A stretch of DNA of 63,841 nt, the filler included, from Caldilineae bacterium (lineage in GTDB: Bacteria; Chloroflexota; Anaerolineae; DTLA01): assembly GCA_037446815.1 (NCBI GenBank). It is 4 parts of 4 records of this genome, joined end to end, with 100 filler letters (N's around TTAATTAATTAA, not from the genome) between each part and the next. Parts side by side here need not be neighbours in the genome. Positions count along the whole stretch, not along the records: positions 52,091 to 63,841 come from JBBIHX010000084.1; 3 more parts are not named here. One strand, 5' to 3'. The translations under genes and the position numbers were made by a program. This document shows positions 61,425 to 63,841 of this stretch, piece by piece. The notes under the pieces were generated by a model. The model had not been told where the DNA came from. It worked only from the letters and a program-made list of their open reading frames with translations, and made no database searches. Numbering within the stretch: position 1 is the first letter of the stretch; each line of letters begins with the position of its first letter.

Positions 61425-63677
61425 ATGCGTATGCGTCGGTTCTCGCGATTGATATGGATGGCAACGATACCCATCCTGCTCGGGCTGGCGGCGCTCATGC
61501 TGACGGCGACCGCCGCGCGAGCCGAGGGCCCCATCGCCCCGTCGCTCGCCACGCCTCAGCCCGAGACCTGGCGGGCGGGGCGAACCTCGGTATCGGACCT
61601 CAGCCCGCAGGAACAGGCGGCCCTGCTGGGCGTTCCGGCCCAGGTCATGGAGCAGGAGCGTGCGCTGAGCGTCATCAACGCAAGGCGCGGGCCTGCTGAC
61701 TACAGCTACCCGCCTGCTCTGGACTGGCGCAACTACGGCGGAAAGGACTACACCACGCCCATCCGCAATCAGAGTTCGTGCGGCGCGTGCGTGGCCTTCG
61801 GCGTGGTCGGCGCCATAGAGGCGCGGCTTGAGATTGCCGCGGGCAATCCCAACCTGAACCCCAACCTGTCCGAGGGGCAATTATTCTACTGCGGTTGCGG
61901 GGCGTGCTGCGAGACCGGGTGGTCGCCCGCGGCCGCGCTCAACGTGGCCCGCGACGTGGGCATTGTGGACGAGACCTGCTCGCCCTACAGTCCCGTGAAC
62001 CAGGCGTGCACCCTGTGCCCCGACTGGCCGTCGCGGGTTAGGCGCATCGCAGGCTGGGCAGGGGTGAGCGGCGCGGACAACATCAAGGAGATCCTGGCCG
62101 ACAGCGGTCCGGTCGTCGCCACGATGAACGTGTACCAGGACTTCTACTCCTACGTGGGCGGCGTATACCGCCATACGTGGGGCGGCCTGGTGGGCGGGCA
62201 TGCCGTCGTGCTGGTCGGGTACGACGACGCGGGCGGATACTGGATCGCCAAGAACTCCTGGGGCACGTACTGGGGCGAAAGCGGCTGGTTCCGCATCGCC
62301 TACGGCGAGTGCGAGATAGACGATTACGCCTACGTGCCGGTAGTGCTCCCCTCTGCGACGCCGACGCCGACGTTCACGCCCGGCCCGAGCGCGACGAGCA
62401 CACCCACGCGCACGCCGGCCCCTTCCCAGACGCCCACGCCGACGCGCACACCGACGATGACCCGGACGCCCGCGCCCACTTGGACGCCCACGGCGACGCG
62501 CACCGCCACGCCGACCTACACGCCGGCGCCAACGAACACGCCCCTCCCGCCGCAGCACACGGTGCGCTTCTCGGCGCAGTACGTCTCGGGCCAGTACCTG
62601 ACCTACAGCGTCTACTACGTCCTGGATGACGGCACGCCGCGCTTCCTGGGCACGGTCAGTTTCGCCCGCGAATGGGAATTCACCGCCAACTTCCACAGCA
62701 TCTGGGTGTTCATGACCACCTCCGCGGGGACGCGCTATGCGCAGAACCTGTACGTGGACGGGGAGCGGGTTGCCTGTGGCGTGTTGAGCAGCGAGGGGTT
62801 GATTTGGCCGGGCGGCCGCTGCGACGAAGTGCCCACGCCAACGCCGACGCCAACGCGCACGCCCACTCCCACCCGCACACCGACGCGCACCGCCACCGCT
62901 ACGCGGACGCCGACGGCAACCCGCACGCCCAGCGCCATGCCGACCATGACCAGCACGCCCGGGCCGGTCCCGGCCCAGCACACCGTGCGGTTTACGGCGC
63001 GGTATCAGTCCGGCTACGCGCTGACCTATGCCGTGTACTACGCGCTGGACGGCGGGCCGACGCAGTTCCTGGGCACGGTGAGCGCCGTGGGCGAGTGGAC
63101 GTTTGCCGCCGCGTTCCAGACGATACGCGTGTACATCAGCGTGCCTAGTGGCACCTTCTACGAACAGCGCCTGTACGTGGATGGCGCAGCCGTGGCCTGC
63201 GGCGTCATCGGCAGAGAAGGGCTGACATGGCCCGGCGGGCGGTGCGATGAGCAGAATCTGCCCACGGCCACGCCGACCCGCACGCCGACGCCTACGCGCA
63301 CGCCCACCCCAACCCGCACACCAACGGCAACGCGCACCGGCACGCCAACCCGCACCGCCACGTGGACGCCGACCGCAACCTACACGCCGGCGCCCGCGCC
63401 ACCGCTCCACACGGTGCGGTTCACCGCACGGTACGTCTCGGGCTACTACGTCGCGCACAGCATCTTCTACGAGTTGGACGGCGGGCCGCCGCAGTTCATG
63501 GGAACCGTTACCCTCTCCGGCGACTTCTCGTTCGCGGCGAACTTCAACGAGATTCGGGTGTCCGTCTCCAGCCCGTGGGATTCGCTGTACGGGGAGTTGT
63601 ACGTGGACGGGGCGCGGGTCGCGTGTGGTATGCTGGGGGCGGATGGGTTGCGCTGGCCGGGTGGCACGTGCCCGTAG
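61425..63677 (+). CDS. secreted papain-like (C1) cysteine peptidase with Pro/Thr linkers and three unrecognised ~90-aa repeats
   Basis: signal peptide; LDWRN, RNQSSCGACVAF, GGHAVVLVGY, KNSWGTYWGESGWF. Confidence 0.9.
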   Translation: MRMRRFSRLIWMATIPILLGLAALMLTATAARAEGPIAPSLATPQPETWRAGRTSVSDLSPQEQAALLGVPAQVMEQERALSVINARRGPADYSYPPALDWRNYGGKDYTTPIRNQSSCGACVAFGVVGAIEARLEIAAGNPNLNPNLSEGQLFYCGCGACCETGWSPAAALNVARDVGIVDETCSPYSPVNQACTLCPDWPSRVRRIAGWAGVSGADNIKEILADSGPVVATMNVYQDFYSYVGGVYRHTWGGLVGGHAVVLVGYDDAGGYWIAKNSWGTYWGESGWFRIAYGECEIDDYAYVPVVLPSATPTPTFTPGPSATSTPTRTPAPSQTPTPTRTPTMTRTPAPTWTPTATRTATPTYTPAPTNTPLPPQHTVRFSAQYVSGQYLTYSVYYVLDDGTPRFLGTVSFAREWEFTANFHSIWVFMTTSAGTRYAQNLYVDGERVACGVLSSEGLIWPGGRCDEVPTPTPTPTRTPTPTRTPTRTATATRTPTATRTPSAMPTMTSTPGPVPAQHTVRFTARYQSGYALTYAVYYALDGGPTQFLGTVSAVGEWTFAAAFQTIRVYISVPSGTFYEQRLYVDGAAVACGVIGREGLTWPGGRCDEQNLPTATPTRTPTPTRTPTPTRTPTATRTGTPTRTATWTPTATYTPAPAPPLHTVRFTARYVSGYYVAHSIFYELDGGPPQFMGTVTLSGDFSFAANFNEIRVSVSSPWDSLYGELYVDGARVACGMLGADGLRWPGGTCP

Positions 63678-63736
63678 GCGGGGTGCGGCCCGATGGGCGG
63701 CGCGCCGCCAGTGCGGGTGGCTCCGCGTGCCCCGAC

Positions 63737-63841
63737 TCGGTTCCAAAGTCTGTTGGTATTTGTCATTGCGAGGGCGCGGAGCGCCTGAAGCAATCTCTGG
63801 GGCGTGAGGTTGCTTCGCTTCGCTCGCAACGACACACAAGG
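63737..63841. mobile_element. MITE-like element, copy cut by window end
   Basis: near-identical to 27799-27900. Confidence 0.7.

Overview
High-GC bacterial assembly; gene content and protein styles suggest an anaerobic Chloroflexota/Anaerolineae-like genome (inference). The window is not one locus. N-runs containing the all-frame-stop linker TTAATTAATTAA (17560, 34825, 52035) split it into four concatenated pieces, and two further 100-N gaps lie in repeat clusters. Piece 1: argG, GH38 glycosidase, EamA transporter, esterase-GNAT fusion, prepilin peptidase, M28-like peptidase, iorAB. Piece 2: one end of an element integrated at tRNA-Asp with a large serine recombinase, a yybP-ykoY riboswitch with a GDT1-family gene, a four-repeat secreted protein, ferredoxin-AOR-MoaD, an aminotransferase, tdk and rplU-rpmA-rpmE. 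Piece 3: a second AOR behind a Moco/W-cofactor-type riboswitch, a ~4,140-aa surface protein and a GH13 enzyme. Piece 4: lon, a DegS/DegU-like pair, MNT with a broken HEPN gene, and a papain-like protease with unrecognised repeats. Best leads: (1) a complete classical attenuator with three tandem CGA (Arg) codons ahead of argG; (2) a DegS-like protein that has lost its ATP-binding motifs but kept the phospho-His; (3) a serine integrase with an SOS box and a structured leader, whose C-terminus is encoded antisense within tRNA-Asp; (4) a speculative YLP donor-strand surface-anchoring system; (5) a 144-bp MITE carrying a REP-like hairpin. All family calls are from motif recognition by eye; no searches were run.
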